Assembly (NCBI GenBank): GCA_963648915.1
Contig: CAVJGY010000001.1
Coordinates: 1 to 43,179 of the forward strand
Direction: 5' to 3'
DNA length: 43,179 nt
Source of the DNA: Acutalibacteraceae bacterium
GTDB taxonomy: Bacteria > Bacillota > Clostridia > Oscillospirales > Ruminococcaceae
The notes beneath the pieces are model-generated. The model saw only the letters and a list, made by a program, of their open reading frames with translations, did no database searches and was not told the origin of the DNA. Numbering within the stretch: the first letter of the stretch is position 1; each line of letters opens with the position of its first letter. Positions 26,416 through 40,100 of this stretch are shown here, piece by piece. A program made the translations under genes and the position numbers.

Positions 26416-27522
26416 TTGAACATTATCTGCGATAAAACCCTCTTAAGCTCTGCAATTGACGGCGTATCCAAAGCTGTCACAGCACGGTCGACCATCCCGG
26501 TACTGGAGGGCATCCTCCTGAAAGCCGAAGGTTTTCAACTGACTCTGACCGGATACGACCTCGAAATGGGTATCGTCACCACCATCGAGGCCAATGTCAA
26601 AGAGCCGGGCGAGATCGTGCTGAATGCAAAACTGCTTAGCAGCATGATCAGCCGGATGCCTGCAGGTCAGATCACCATCCAGTCGGCCGAAAACGGCAAA
26701 ACGACCATCCAGAGCGGCGTCGCTCAGTTTGAGATCCAGTCCATGGCCGCTACCGATTTCCCCGAGCTTCCCAACACGGGCGCAGAAGAGACCCTCACCA
26801 TCAAGACAGGCGTTCTGCGGGATATGATCGAGCGCACCCTGTACGCCGTCAGTCAGGACGAGAAAAAACCTGCGCATACTGGTGAATTATTCGAGATCGA
26901 GCCGAATAAGCTGATCGTCGTTGCACTAGACGGCTACCGTCTGGCGATCGTCGAACGCCCAGTGACCGCGATGAAAGACATCCGCATCATCGTCCCCAGC
27001 AAGACCATGAACGAAGTCAGCCACCTGCTGGCAAATGACGATGAAGAGCTTGTCCACATCTGTGCCAACCGCCGTTACGCCGTCTTTATGACCGCTGGCT
27101 ACACCATCATGAGCCGCCTGATTGAGGGCGAATTCCTCAACTATCACAACGTCATTCCGACCGATAGCCGCACCCGGGTCACACTGGATACCAAGGAGTT
27201 CATCGAGACCATTGAGCGTGCTTCTCTGATTATTACAGAGCGTTTAAAGAACCCCCTCCGCATTTCCTTTACTGCGGGTAAAGTCGTTGTCCGCTGCCAG
27301 ACCAATCTGGGCCGTGTCGTCGACGAGTTTAATGCACAGTGTGAGGGTGACGAAGTTGAAATCGGTTTCAATAACCGCTACCTGTTAGATGCTCTCCGGA
27401 ACGCCCGCACCGAGCAGGTCCGGCTCGAGATCAGCGGCCCGCTGAGCCCGGTCAAAGTCCTGCCCGCAGAAGGCAGCGACTTCCTGTATCTGGTCCTTCC
27501 CGTCCGCTTTAAGAACGACTAA
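26416..27522 (+). CDS. dnaN: DNA polymerase III beta sliding clamp
   Basis: TTG start behind [40 protein letters not shown]. Confidence 0.95.
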   Translation: MNIICDKTLLSSAIDGVSKAVTARSTIPVLEGILLKAEGFQLTLTGYDLEMGIVTTIEANVKEPGEIVLNAKLLSSMISRMPAGQITIQSAENGKTTIQSGVAQFEIQSMAATDFPELPNTGAEETLTIKTGVLRDMIERTLYAVSQDEKKPAHTGELFEIEPNKLIVVALDGYRLAIVERPVTAMKDIRIIVPSKTMNEVSHLLANDDEELVHICANRRYAVFMTAGYTIMSRLIEGEFLNYHNVIPTDSRTRVTLDTKEFIETIERASLIITERLKNPLRISFTAGKVVVRCQTNLGRVVDEFNAQCEGDEVEIGFNNRYLLDALRNARTEQVRLEISGPLSPVKVLPAEGSDFLYLVLPVRFKND

Positions 27523-27533
27523 GAGGCGTAATT

Positions 27534-27749
27534 ATGCAGAAAATTCTCATTCATACCGAATTCATCAAGCTGGATGCTCTGCTGAAATATGCAGGCCTGT
27601 GCGAAACGGGCGGCGAGGCCAAGGAGCTGGTGCAGGGCGGCGCAGTCAAGGTCAACGGCGAGGTCTGCACCATGCGCGGCAAGAAATGCCGTGCGGGTGA
27701 TACCATCGAACTGGACGGCCAGACTGTCACCATCGGACAGGGCAACTAA
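27534..27749 (+). CDS. yaaA: S4-domain RNA-binding protein YaaA
   Basis: [10 protein letters not shown]...ETGGEAK...[14 protein letters not shown], conserved position between dnaN and recF. Confidence 0.9.
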   Translation: MQKILIHTEFIKLDALLKYAGLCETGGEAKELVQGGAVKVNGEVCTMRGKKCRAGDTIELDGQTVTIGQGN

Positions 27750-28871
27750 ATGCGTCTGCTCTCGTTAGAAGTCCAAAATTATCGAAACATCGTCACCGCA
27801 AGTCTGACTCCCGGAAGAGAGCTGACGGTCATCTGCGGCAATAACGGACAGGGCAAGACCAACCTGCTGGAAGCCATCTGGCTGTTGACCGGAGGAAAAA
27901 GCTTCCGGGGTGGCAAGGATGCTGAACTGATCCGGTGTGGTGAACCCTTTGCGGTCCTGCAGGCGTCCACCATCCGTGCACAACGGGAGGAGGCCGACCC
28001 GAATGACTCGACCAATGTTCGAATCACCATCGGCGCACCCGGTTCATCCCGACCGGGTCGGATGGCGTCGGTCAACGGAGCTGCTCCCAAACGGGCGGCA
28101 TCCCTTGCGGGCAGCTTTCCGGCGGTCGTATTCGACCCGGGACACCTCAGCCTCGTCAAGGGCGCACCGGAAGGACGGCGGAAATTTCTGGATGCTGCCC
28201 TCTGTCAGCTCTACCCGGGCTATCTGACCCTCTACCGCCGCTATGTCCGGACGTTGCAACAGAAAAACGCACTGATCCGGCGTTCTTCTGTGACCCGGGA
28301 GCGTCCCTATGCGGAAAAAATCGCGATACTGGATGTGCTGAACACTGAGCTTGCTCAGCTGGGCGAGGCCATCCAGCATCGCCGCCGTGCTTATCTGGAA
28401 CTGCTTGCCCCCATCGCATGCTCCAACTACGAGGAGCTTTCCCATGGAGCAGAGCGTCTGACCCTGCGCTATGCGGCGCAGTTTGAGCCGGGCGGTCTGG
28501 CGGTACTGCTGAAGTCTCGGCAGAACGATGAGCTTCGCGCCGGACAGAGCCTTTGCGGACCGCACCGGGAGGATTTAGAGCTTCTGCTGGACGGCCAGCC
28601 CGCAAGGGTGTTCGCCAGCCAAGGACAGCAGCGAAGCGTCGTCCTCAGCCTGAAAATGGCAGAGGCGGCAGCAGCAGCGGCCATTACGGGCGAACATCCG
28701 GTGCTTCTGCTGGACGATGTGCTCAGCGAGCTGGATGACAGCCGCAAGCAATATCTGCTGACCCGGATGCGGGAAAAGCAGACCTTCGTCACCAGCTGTG
28801 ATGATACGGCCTTCCTGAAAACCGATGGCGAAGTCTATCGGATGGAGGGCGGCGTCCTCAGCAAAGTTTAA
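27750..28871 (+). CDS. recF: DNA replication/repair protein RecF
   Basis: GNNGQGKTNLLEAI, GPHREDL, SQGQQRS, LLLDDVLSELD. Confidence 0.95.
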   Translation: MRLLSLEVQNYRNIVTASLTPGRELTVICGNNGQGKTNLLEAIWLLTGGKSFRGGKDAELIRCGEPFAVLQASTIRAQREEADPNDSTNVRITIGAPGSSRPGRMASVNGAAPKRAASLAGSFPAVVFDPGHLSLVKGAPEGRRKFLDAALCQLYPGYLTLYRRYVRTLQQKNALIRRSSVTRERPYAEKIAILDVLNTELAQLGEAIQHRRRAYLELLAPIACSNYEELSHGAERLTLRYAAQFEPGGLAVLLKSRQNDELRAGQSLCGPHREDLELLLDGQPARVFASQGQQRSVVLSLKMAEAAAAAAITGEHPVLLLDDVLSELDDSRKQYLLTRMREKQTFVTSCDDTAFLKTDGEVYRMEGGVLSKV

Positions 28872-28894
28872 AATTATACAAATAGGAGAATCTC

Positions 28895-29149
28895 ATGTAC
28901 TTGCATCTGGGGCGGGATTATGTGCTGAACGAGCGGGACATCATCGGCATCTTCAACTTGGAGACGACGACCATCTCCCCGCGCGGCCGGGAATTCCTGA
29001 ACTATGCCCAGAAAAACGGCGCAGTCGTCAGCCTGTCGGATGAACTGCCCCAGAGCTATGTTCTGGCGGACGCCCCGGTGGATACCGTGTATCTGTCTGA
29101 GCTGTCGCCTGCCGCGCTCAAACGCCGTGCAGAGCAGAGATTCGAGTAA
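28895..29149 (+). CDS. remB: DUF370 family protein RemB/YaaB
   Basis: MYLHLG.D.V...DIIGIFN...VYLS.LS...LKRR, located between recF and gyrB. Confidence 0.85.
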   Translation: MYLHLGRDYVLNERDIIGIFNLETTTISPRGREFLNYAQKNGAVVSLSDELPQSYVLADAPVDTVYLSELSPAALKRRAEQRFE

Positions 29150-29207
29150 TGCCAAATGGCGATTTTTATCGCTTTTAAATAGATTTTTACAGAAACTTTT
29201 GATATAA

Positions 29208-31214
<2,007 letters not shown>

Positions 31215-31231
31215 TCTAATCGGAGGAACAA

Positions 31232-33823
31232 ATGGAAGAAGATTATGTGATGATACCGGGCAGCGGTACCAAGATGATCATCCGCGACGTCAAGAAGGAG
31301 ATCGAGACGGCGTTTCTGGATTACTCCATGTCGGTCATCGTGGCGCGTGCCCTTCCGGATGTGCGTGATGGTCTGAAACCCGTCCACCGCCGCATTCTTT
31401 ATACCATGCACGAGCGCGGCAACGACCCCAGCCATGCATACCGTAAATCCGCCGATACCGTCGGTGCGGTGCTGGGTTCGTATCACCCGCACGGCGACGC
31501 ATCGGTCTATGACGCAATGGTCCGTCTGGCACAGGATTTCTCCCTGCGCTATCCGCTGGTGGACGGCCAAGGTAACTTCGGTTCGGTCGACGGCGACCCT
31601 CCGGCAGCTTACCGTTACACCGAGGCCCGCATGAGCCGGATGGCGGTCGAGATGCTGACCGACATCGACAAGGACACCATCGACTGGGATCCCAACTTCG
31701 ACGAGACGAAGAAAGAGCCCAGTGTCCTGCCCAGCCGCTTCCCCAACCTGCTCGTCAACGGCAGTCAGGGCATCGCGGTCGGTATGGCGACCAACATCCC
31801 GCCCCACAACCTCGGCGAAGTCATTGACGGCTGTGTGGCCTATATCGAGAACCCCGACATCGACCTTGCCGGTCTGATGGAATATATCAAAGGCCCGGAT
31901 TTCCCGACGGCGGGTATCATCATGGGTCGGAGCGGCATCCGTGCAGCCTACGCAACAGGTCGTGGCAAAATTACCCTGCGCGGCCGTGCGACCATCGAAG
32001 AGACCAAGAATGGCCGCACCCAGATCATCATCACTGAGATCCCCTATATGGTGAACAAGGCTCGTCTCATCGAGAATATGGCCGAGCTCGTCAAGGATAA
32101 GCGTATCGAGGGCATCACGGGTCTGAACGATGAAACCAACCGCAAGGGTATGCGTATCGTCGTCGACATCCGCAAGGATGCCAATGCGCAGGTCATCCTG
32201 AACCAGCTGTATCAGTACACCCAGCTGCAGGATACCGTCGGCGTCATCATGCTGGCCATCGACCACAAAGTGCCGAAGGTCATGACCCTGAAGCAGATGA
32301 TCCAGAAGTACGTCGAGTTCCAGGATGAAGTTGTCCGCCGCCGTACTCAGTATGACCTGAAGAAGGCGAAGGAGCGCGCCCACATCCTCGAGGGTCTGAA
32401 GAAGGCCACCGACATCGTGGACGAACTCATTGCCACCATTCGTTCCTGCAAGGGCGGCATGGCCGAGGCAAAGGCTGCTATCATGGACCAGTTCGGCTTC
32501 GATGACCCGCAGGCTGATGCCATCGTGAAACTGCAGCTGGGCCGTCTGGCTGGTCTGGAAATCCTCAAGATCGAGGAAGAACTCAGCGGCCTGCAGGCAA
32601 AGATCGAGGATTGGGAAGACATCCTCGCAAACGACGCCCGCGTTCTCGAAATCGTCAAGAACGAGCTGCTGGATATGAAGAAACGATTCGGCGACGACCG
32701 CCGCACGGAAATTGAGTCCGTCAACGGTGAAGTCGACATCGAGGACCTCATTGCCGAGGAGCAGTGCGTCTATACTCTGACCGAGGCTGGCTACATCAAA
32801 CGTCAGCTCAAGGCCACCTATCAGGCACAGCGTCGCGGCGGACGCGGCATCTCCGGCATGACCCGCAAGGAAGAGGACATCGTGCAGGAAATGTTCGTCG
32901 GTTCGACCCACGATTATGTCCTGTTCGTCACCGACCGCGGCCGGATGTTCCGCATCAAGGGCTACACCATCGCCGAGGGCAGCCGCACCAGTAAGGGCAG
33001 CAACATCGTCAACCTGCTCCAGCTGGCTGAGGGCGAAAAGGTCACCAACATGCTCTGCTATCCCCGTGAGGACGATAACAACAAGGGCGGCTATGTGACG
33101 ATGGTGACGAAGCAGGGTCTTATCAAGCGTACCCCGCTGGAACAGTATGCGAACATCCGCAAGACGGGTCTCATCGGTATCGCGCTGAACGAGGGCGATG
33201 CTCTGGCATGGACGCGCCTGACGACCGGACACGATATGCTTATCGTTGCGACCCGCAACGGTCAGGCCATCCGCTTCAACGAAGAGGATGCCCGCCCGAT
33301 GGGACGCAGCGGCCACGGTGTCCGTGCCATCAAGCTGGCCGAGGGCGATGAAGTCGTCGGTGTCTGCATCTGCCGCGAGAATGCGACCATCCTGACCGTC
33401 ACCGAGAACGGCAAGGGACGCCGTTCGGATATCGACACCTACCGCATCACCGCGCGCGGTGGTAAGGGCATCCGCAACTACGACGTCACCAAGGACAAGG
33501 TCGCAGCGGTTAAAATTGTTGACGATGTGGACGACATCCTGCTGAGCAGTCAGGAAGGCATCATCATCCGTCTCCACGCAAATGAGATTCCGCTCCAGAG
33601 CCGCTATGGTTCTGGCGTCCGTGTCATGCGTCTGGGCGAGAACGATAAGGTCATGGTTCTGGCTCGTACCGACCACGACGACGAGGCACAGACCGAAAAG
33701 ATCGAGGCCGAGGAGGGCGACGAAGAGCCGACCGCAGAACAGCTGGCCGAGATGGAAGCTGCCGATGAAGCATCCGCAGAGGAAAAGCCCGAGGCAGAGG
33801 CCGCTGAGACCAGCGAAGAATAA
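31232..33823 (+). CDS. gyrA: DNA gyrase subunit A
   Basis: [25 protein letters not shown], GyrA box QRRGGRG, acidic tail. Confidence 0.97.
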   Translation: MEEDYVMIPGSGTKMIIRDVKKEIETAFLDYSMSVIVARALPDVRDGLKPVHRRILYTMHERGNDPSHAYRKSADTVGAVLGSYHPHGDASVYDAMVRLAQDFSLRYPLVDGQGNFGSVDGDPPAAYRYTEARMSRMAVEMLTDIDKDTIDWDPNFDETKKEPSVLPSRFPNLLVNGSQGIAVGMATNIPPHNLGEVIDGCVAYIENPDIDLAGLMEYIKGPDFPTAGIIMGRSGIRAAYATGRGKITLRGRATIEETKNGRTQIIITEIPYMVNKARLIENMAELVKDKRIEGITGLNDETNRKGMRIVVDIRKDANAQVILNQLYQYTQLQDTVGVIMLAIDHKVPKVMTLKQMIQKYVEFQDEVVRRRTQYDLKKAKERAHILEGLKKATDIVDELIATIRSCKGGMAEAKAAIMDQFGFDDPQADAIVKLQLGRLAGLEILKIEEELSGLQAKIEDWEDILANDARVLEIVKNELLDMKKRFGDDRRTEIESVNGEVDIEDLIAEEQCVYTLTEAGYIKRQLKATYQAQRRGGRGISGMTRKEEDIVQEMFVGSTHDYVLFVTDRGRMFRIKGYTIAEGSRTSKGSNIVNLLQLAEGEKVTNMLCYPREDDNNKGGYVTMVTKQGLIKRTPLEQYANIRKTGLIGIALNEGDALAWTRLTTGHDMLIVATRNGQAIRFNEEDARPMGRSGHGVRAIKLAEGDEVVGVCICRENATILTVTENGKGRRSDIDTYRITARGGKGIRNYDVTKDKVAAVKIVDDVDDILLSSQEGIIIRLHANEIPLQSRYGSGVRVMRLGENDKVMVLARTDHDDEAQTEKIEAEEGDEEPTAEQLAEMEAADEASAEEKPEAEAAETSEE

Positions 33824-33884
33824 GCAGATATCCCGTGGGATTTTACCAAAACAGGCGATTCGATAAAATTTTGAAAAGTTAGCC

Positions 33885-33913
33885 TAGACTTCAGCATAAA
33901 AGTGTGCTAAGAT
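33885..33913 (+). promoter_or_regulatory. Putative sigmaA promoter of the mntP leader
   Basis: TAGACT-17 bp-TAAGAT with extended TG, about 20 nt before the riboswitch. Confidence 0.6.
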
Positions 33914-33934
33914 AACGAAACAATCACAAATACC

Positions 33935-34028
33935 CATGGGGGAGTAGCAAGCACTTTGCAGAAGTGCAGCAAGTCAACATAATGACCGATTGCAGCGGTC
34001 TGGCTTGCTTTAATATGCGAGACTCATG
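33935..34028 (+). ncRNA. yybP-ykoY Mn2+ riboswitch aptamer
   Basis: CATGGGGGAGTAG ... AGCAAGTCAACATAATGACCG..CGGTCTGGCTTGCT ... GCGAGACTCATG, with the conserved GGGGAGUAG, GUCAACAUA and GCGAGAC blocks, upstream of mntP. Confidence 0.85.
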
Positions 34029-34186
34029 TGTTTTGGTGCGAGTACCAACGCCCATACACATCGAGTCATGCCGTAAAAATGACCCGGAATTGGACGTCAC
34101 GCGCCGATTCCGGGTTTTTGTTGCCCTTGCGGGAGCTTTTCTCCCCTCACCGCCCACCAATTCCGGTCAAATCAGGAGGCAGAATT

Positions 34187-34771
34187 ATGGAATGGAGTAT
34201 CTTATTTTTCGTCAACAGTGCATTGCTGGGCGTCGGTCTGGCAATGGACGCGTTTTCCGTCTCGATGGCAAACGGCCTGCATGAGCCGAACATGTCCAAG
34301 AGCAAGGGCGCAAAGATCGCCGGCACGTTCGGCGTGTTTCAGGCTGTCATGCCGATGACGGGCTGGATCTGCGTCCACACCATCGTCGAGCTGTTCTCGT
34401 CCTTTGAAAAGTTCATCCCGTGGATCGCACTCATCCTGCTGGCCTACATCGGCGGCAAGATGCTCATCGAGGGCATCAAGGGCGAGGAGGCTGAGGAGGC
34501 CGACGAGCTGAGCGCGGGCGCACTCTTCGTACAGGGCGTGGCGACCAGCATCGATGCACTGTCGGTCGGTTTCACCATCTCGGAGTATGGCTGGCTGATG
34601 GCTCTGGTCTGCTCCCTCATCATCGCGACCGTCACCTTCTTCATCTGTGAGGCAGGTCTGTCCATCGGCAAGAAGTTCGGCACGAAGCTCTCCGGCAAGG
34701 CATCCATCCTCGGCGGTGTCATCCTTATCGGCATCGGCCTCGAAATTTTCATCACCGGTATTATGGGCTGA
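34187..34771 (+). CDS. mntP: Manganese efflux pump MntP
   Basis: GLAMDAFSVS, FGVFQAVMP..GW, ATSIDALSVG, GGVILIGIG. AGGAGG RBS. Confidence 0.93.
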   Translation: MEWSILFFVNSALLGVGLAMDAFSVSMANGLHEPNMSKSKGAKIAGTFGVFQAVMPMTGWICVHTIVELFSSFEKFIPWIALILLAYIGGKMLIEGIKGEEAEEADELSAGALFVQGVATSIDALSVGFTISEYGWLMALVCSLIIATVTFFICEAGLSIGKKFGTKLSGKASILGGVILIGIGLEIFITGIMG

Positions 34772-34788
34772 TTTAAAATTCAAAAAAG

Positions 34789-34804
34789 TGTTCTCCGTGG
34801 AACA
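34789..34804. promoter_or_regulatory. Degenerate parS-like site
   Basis: TGTTCTCCGTGGAACA: one perfect half-site and two mismatches to TGTTCCACGTGGAACA. Intergenic. Confidence 0.55.
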
Positions 34805-34808
34805 TTTT

Positions 34809-34856
34809 CAGAGAGCAGAAGAGGGACGCCATTCGGCGTCCCTCTTCTGCTCTCTG
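34809..34856. terminator. Hairpin between convergent mntP and gntR
   Basis: 22-bp perfect stem CAGAGAGCAGAAGAGGGACGCC-attc-GGCGTCCCTCTTCTGCTCTCTG. Confidence 0.7.
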
Positions 34857-35531
34857 TTATTCTGTAAAATAATCGGCATATTCCTCGGTCAGCTTGGAGC
34901 CAAGCCGACGGATGCCGCCGTAAAGATGCCGCTCCACCAGCGGCTCAAAGGCGGCCAAGTCGCATCGCTCGATGGCGTCGATGAGGTTGTGATGGTCGGC
35001 GATGACCTCGGCCAGTCCCCCGCTCGTCATAGTGTCCAGCATCCGGAAGCGGCTGTAATCGGCGTGGGCGTTTTGGAGCGTCCGCCAGAGATACATCTTG
35101 TCCATCGCGGCGAACCACGTCTCGTGAAGCAGACGGTCGGCCTCGTATAAGCGGTTGAAGTCGGGTGTCTCGGCGTGTGCCAGCGCGTCATAGGCCTCGG
35201 CACGCTGACGAATCAGTGCCCGCTGCTCCGGCGTGCATTTGGGCGCGAAATCCCGCAGGACCTTCGCTTCGACCGCTGTGCGCTCGTAAATCAGCTCGTC
35301 CACGATGTCCCGGTTCAGGCGGGTGACGGTCGTTCCCTTGTAGGGGACGATCTTGACAAGGCCGTTCTCCTGCAATTTCTGAAGCGCGACCCGAACCATC
35401 GAGCGCGGCGCGTTGAACCGCGCACAGAGCGGGTTCTCGCTCAGGGATGCCCCGGGACGGAGAGTCAGGTCGATGATCTCCCGTTCCAGTACGGCGTAAA
35501 TTTCCGCATCGTTTTTGTATTGTTTCTCCAT
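34857..35531 (-). CDS. GntR-family (FadR/FCD) transcriptional regulator
   Basis: IYAVLEREII.L.LRPGA.LSE, VRVALQKL..NGLV.IVPYKGT.V, FCD-like C-terminus. Alternative start at 35567. Confidence 0.88.
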   Translation of the reverse strand: MEKQYKNDAEIYAVLEREIIDLTLRPGASLSENPLCARFNAPRSMVRVALQKLQENGLVKIVPYKGTTVTRLNRDIVDELIYERTAVEAKVLRDFAPKCTPEQRALIRQRAEAYDALAHAETPDFNRLYEADRLLHETWFAAMDKMYLWRTLQNAHADYSRFRMLDTMTSGGLAEVIADHHNLIDAIERCDLAAFEPLVERHLYGGIRRLGSKLTEEYADYFTE

Positions 35532-35544
35532 AGTCGATACCACG

Positions 35545-36237
35545 TTAAAAGATCCAAATTTCTCCATCCGGGATTTCCAAAGCGAACTCCATCTTCTTCC
35601 CGGTCACGGGATGCAGGAACGAAAGCCCGGCACTCTGAAGCGCGATGTTCCCCTTCACCCGGCTGCCGTATTTGCCGTCTCCCATCAGCGGATGACGGCG
35701 GGACGCGAACTGCACCCGAATTTGGTGGGTGCGTCCGGTGTGGAGGGTAATTTCCGCCAGACTCCGGGTCTGGTCGGCGGAAACGGCCGCAATGCGGTAT
35801 TCCAGCACGGCCTCCCGGACGCCTTTTCGAGGACGGCTGACCGGGAACACCCGTCCCTTCCGGCTGTCCTTGAAGAGGTAGTCCCGCAGGATGCCCTCGG
35901 GCGGGAGCTTCTCGTCCGGAATGCCGGAAATGACCGCCCGGTATTTCTTGACGAAAACGGGTGATGCGGGGCTGTTCTTGGAAGGCTCTGCCCGGCCGTC
36001 CAGCACGGCATAGGCTTCCTGACTCTGTGTCACCTGACGGCTCAGCTCGGCGGCGGCAGCGGGCGTTTTGGCGTAGACCATCAGACCGGACACTCCGGTG
36101 TCGAGTCGATGGATGACGCCGACGTAAGCCTCCGGCTTTCCCCAAAGCTCCCGCAGTCTGGCCGGGACGTCTCCCTCGCTGGACAGTCCGGCGGGCTTGT
36201 TCAGGACGACCAGCGCATCATCTTCGTAGAGTATCAC
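35545..36237 (-). CDS. RluA-family pseudouridine synthase
   Basis: ILYED...V.NKPAGL, HRLDTGVSG, TGRTHQIRVQ, GDGKYG. Confidence 0.92.
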   Translation of the reverse strand: MILYEDDALVVLNKPAGLSSEGDVPARLRELWGKPEAYVGVIHRLDTGVSGLMVYAKTPAAAAELSRQVTQSQEAYAVLDGRAEPSKNSPASPVFVKKYRAVISGIPDEKLPPEGILRDYLFKDSRKGRVFPVSRPRKGVREAVLEYRIAAVSADQTRSLAEITLHTGRTHQIRVQFASRRHPLMGDGKYGSRVKGNIALQSAGLSFLHPVTGKKMEFALEIPDGEIWIF

Positions 36238-36788
36238 AGCTTGCCCTCAGAAATCAGAGCCTTGAGCTTCAGGATACCCGCGATGGTCTTGCCGTCTTTG
36301 ATCTCACCGCTCATCACCATCTCATAGGCTTTGTCCAGCGGGACACGGTCAGGGGTCAGGAACTCGTCGGCGTCGAGGTGCATGTGGGTCTCGTGAAGTC
36401 CGGTGGCGACCCAAGTGTAGATGACCTCGGTGTCATAGCCGACGGTCGGGAAGAACTCGCCCAGAGAGGTGTAGTGGTCGGCGGTCAGGCCGCACTCCTC
36501 TTCCAGCTCCCGCTTGGCGGCTTCAAAGGGGTCCTCACCCTTTTCCAGCTTGCCCGCAGGCAGCTCCCATAATTCCTGCTGCATGGCATAGCGGAACTGG
36601 CGCACCATGCAGATCGTGCCGTCGGCAAAATAAGGCAGGATGCAGGCACCGCCGTGGTGGTGTACCACTTCGCGGGTAGCGGTCTTGCCGTTTTCCAGCA
36701 GGGCGGTGTCCTTTGTCAGGGTGATGACCCGACCCTCGAACAGTACCTCGCTGGTCAGTGTTTTCTCGTAATGTACAGCTGCATCCAT
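36234..36788 (-). CDS. NUDIX hydrolase (ADP-ribose pyrophosphatase NudF-like)
   Basis: REVVHH.GG, VRQFRY, Nudix box ELPAGKLEKGEDPFEAAKRELEEECG, I.DGKT. Confidence 0.9.
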   Translation of the reverse strand: MDAAVHYEKTLTSEVLFEGRVITLTKDTALLENGKTATREVVHHHGGACILPYFADGTICMVRQFRYAMQQELWELPAGKLEKGEDPFEAAKRELEEECGLTADHYTSLGEFFPTVGYDTEVIYTWVATGLHETHMHLDADEFLTPDRVPLDKAYEMVMSGEIKDGKTIAGILKLKALISEGKL

Positions 36789-37006
36789 TGTGATCTCGTC
36801 CTTTCCGTCTGGTTGATTGGGATAAGCTCAGTTTACGGCAATCCATGTACGATTGTCAATTCTAAATTAAGGATAAATTAAGAAAAAGCCCTTTAAATTG
36901 CCAGAAGCTTAAAAAACAGCAAGAAAGAATGCAACAAAAGACACAAGCGTAAAAAACCTACAAAAATTTTTTTGAATTTTTGTGGTGTTTTGCTAGGTGG
37001 TTTGCA

Positions 37007-37035
37007 TTTACAACCCGGGCGGAATTTGTTATCAT
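37007..37035 (+). promoter_or_regulatory. Putative sigmaA promoter of nifJ
   Basis: TTTACA-17 bp-TATCAT with extended TG. Confidence 0.55.
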
Positions 37036-37133
37036 ATTATATGAGCAATAGTGCCTTTTAGGGGATCTCCGGCCCCGCGGGAGCTATTGCCCCGCGCAAA
37101 AGGTACCAAATTCTGAACAATGGAGGAAGAAAA

Positions 37134-40100
37134 ATGCCTATCGTTAGAGCAAAGCAAACTATGGATGGCAATACCGCTGCCGCCCATGTAGCATATGCCT
37201 ACACGGACGTAGCTGCTATCTATCCTATTACCCCGTCTTCTCCGATGGCTGACTCTGTGGACCAGTGGTCCGCAGCCGGTCAGAAGAACATCTTCGGCAA
37301 CCAGGTCAAGGTCGTCGAGATGGAGTCTGAGGCTGGCGCAGCCGGCGCAGTTCACGGCTCTCTGGGTGCAGGTGCAGTTACCACCACCTTCACCGCTTCT
37401 CAGGGCCTTCTGCTGATGATCCCCAACATGTACAAGATCGCTGCTGAGCAGCTGCCCTGCGTCTTCGACGTTTCGGCTCGTACCGTTGCTACCCAGTCCT
37501 TGAACATCTTCGGTGACCACAGCGACGTCATGGCTTGCCGTCAGACCGGCTTCGCAATGCTGGCTGAGAGCAGTGTCCAGGAGGTCATGGACCTGTCTCC
37601 TGTCGCACACCTGTGCGCAATCGAGGGCAAGGTCCCGTTCCTGAACTTCTTCGATGGCTTCCGTACTTCTCACGAGTACCAGAAGATCGAGAAGTGGGAC
37701 TACGCAGATCTGAAGGAAATGTGCAACATGGAGGCTATTGAGGAGTTCCGTAAGAAGGCCCTCAACCCCGAGCACCCGAAGATGCGTGGTTCTCACGAGA
37801 ACGGCGACGTGTTCTTCCAGCACCGCGAGGCTTGCAACAGCGTCTATGATGCTCTGCCCGCAGTTGTCGAGAAGTACATGGCAAAGATCAACGAGAAGCT
37901 TGGCACCAACTACGACCTGTTCAACTACTACGGCGCACCCGATGCTGACCGCGTCATCGTTGCTATGGGCTCCATCTGCGACGTTGCTGACGAGGTCATC
38001 GACTACCTGAACGCTAAGGGCGAGAAGGTCGGTATCATCAAGGTCCGTCTGTATCGTCCTTGGGTCTCCGCTTCCCTGCTGAAGGTCCTGCCTAAGACCG
38101 CTAAGAAGGTCGCAGTTCTGGACCGCACCAAGGAGCCGGGCTCTCTGGGCGAGCCTCTGTACCTGGATGTTGCTACCACCCTGCGTGAAGCTGGCCTGAA
38201 CGACATCGTTCTGACCGGCGGCCGCTATGGTCTGGGCAGCAAGGACACTCCCCCGTCCTCCATCTTCGCTCTGTACAAAGAGCTGGAGAAGGATCAGCCG
38301 AAGGAGCGTTTCACTCTGGGCATCACCGATGACGTCACCTTCCTGTCTCTGCCGGAAGTCAAGCCCGCTCCCATCACCGCTGCAGCTGGCACCAAGGAGT
38401 GCAAGTTCTGGGGTCTGGGCGGCGACGGTACTGTCGGCGCAAACAAGAACTCCGTCAAGATCATCGGCGACCATACTGACAAGTACGTTCAGGCTTACTT
38501 CCAGTATGACTCCAAGAAGACCGGCGGCGTGACCATCAGCCACCTGCGTTTCGGCGACAAGCCCATCCGCAGCCCCTACTACATCAACCAGGCTGACTTC
38601 GTGGCCTGCCACAACCCCGCTTACATCCACATGGGCATGAAGATGGTCCAGGATGTCAAGCCGGGCGGCGTTTTCATGATCAACTGCCAGTGGACCGATG
38701 AGGAGCTGGACGAGCATCTGAACGCTGCTGATAAGAAGTACATTGCTGACAACAACATTCAGCTGTACACCATCAACGCCATTGATAAGGCTATCGAGAT
38801 CGGTATGGGCAAGCGCACCAATACCATCCTGCAGTCTGCTTTCTTCAAGCTGGCTGACGTCATGCCCATCGAGGACGCTGTCAACTTCATGAAGCAGGCA
38901 GCTCAGAAGAGCTACGGCAAGAAGGGCCAGGACGTCGTCGAGATGAACTGGAAGGCTATCGATGCTGGTGTTGACGCGATCCACAAGGTCGACGTTCCCG
39001 CATCCTGGTCCAACCCCGAGGCTGATCCGGCTCCGAAGGAGCTGAGCGGCCGTCCGGAGCTGGTCAAGCAGATCCGCGACGTCATGGAGCCCATCGCTCG
39101 TATGGACGGCGACAGCCTGCCTGTCTCTTCCTTCACCGCTAACGCTAACGGTGAGTGGGAGCAGGGTGCTTCTGCATATGAGAAGCGCGGCACTGCTGTC
39201 AATGTTCCCGAGTGGGATGCTTCCAAGTGTGTTGGCTGCAACCAGTGCGCATTCGTGTGCTCTCACGCAACCATCCGTCCGTTCCAGCTGACCGCTGACG
39301 AGCTGGCTGCTGCTCCCGCACAGACCAAGAGCCGCGACAACCGCCCGGCAAACGAGTACAAGTTTGTCATGGCAGTGTCTCCTCTGGACTGCATGGGCTG
39401 CGGCGAGTGCGTCACCGTCTGCCCGACCAAGGCTATCGCTATGGTCCCGCAGGACAGCCAGGCAGATCAGCAGGAAGTCTTCGACTACTGTGTTGCCAAC
39501 ATCTCCAAGAAGCCCAGCAAGTTTGCTGATGATACCGTCATCGGTTCTCAGTTCAACCAGCCGTTGCTCGAGTTCTCCGGCTCCTGCGCAGGCTGTGCTG
39601 AGACCTCCTATGCACGTCTCATCACCCAGCTGTTCGGCGAGAAGATGTACATCTCCAACGCTACCGGCTGCTCCTCTATCTGGGGCGGTACTGCTTCCAT
39701 CTCTCCGTACACCGTCAACAAGGATAGCGGCCATGGTCCTGCATGGTGCAACTCCCTGTTCGAGGATAACGCTGAGCATGGTCTGGGCCTGTACCTCGGC
39801 CAGAAGACCGTCCGCGAGAACCTGATCAAGGAGATCGCTGAGGTCGCTGAGTCCGATAAGGCTTCCGCAGAGCTGAAGGCAGCTTTCGAGAAGTTCATGG
39901 AGACCAAGAACAACACCAAGGCAAACGACGAGCCTGCAAAGGCCCTGATCGCAGAGCTGGAGAAGGCTGCTGCTGCCGGCTGCGAGAAGTCTGCTGAGAT
40001 CCTGAAGAGCAAAGAGTTCATCGCTAAGAAGTCCGTCTGGATCTTCGGCGGCGACGGCTGGGCATACGACATCGGCTTCGGTGGTCTGGACCACGTCCTG

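Noticed and set aside
37026..37043. Rex operator at the nifJ promoter
   Set aside because: Only one half-site (TTGTTA) matches.
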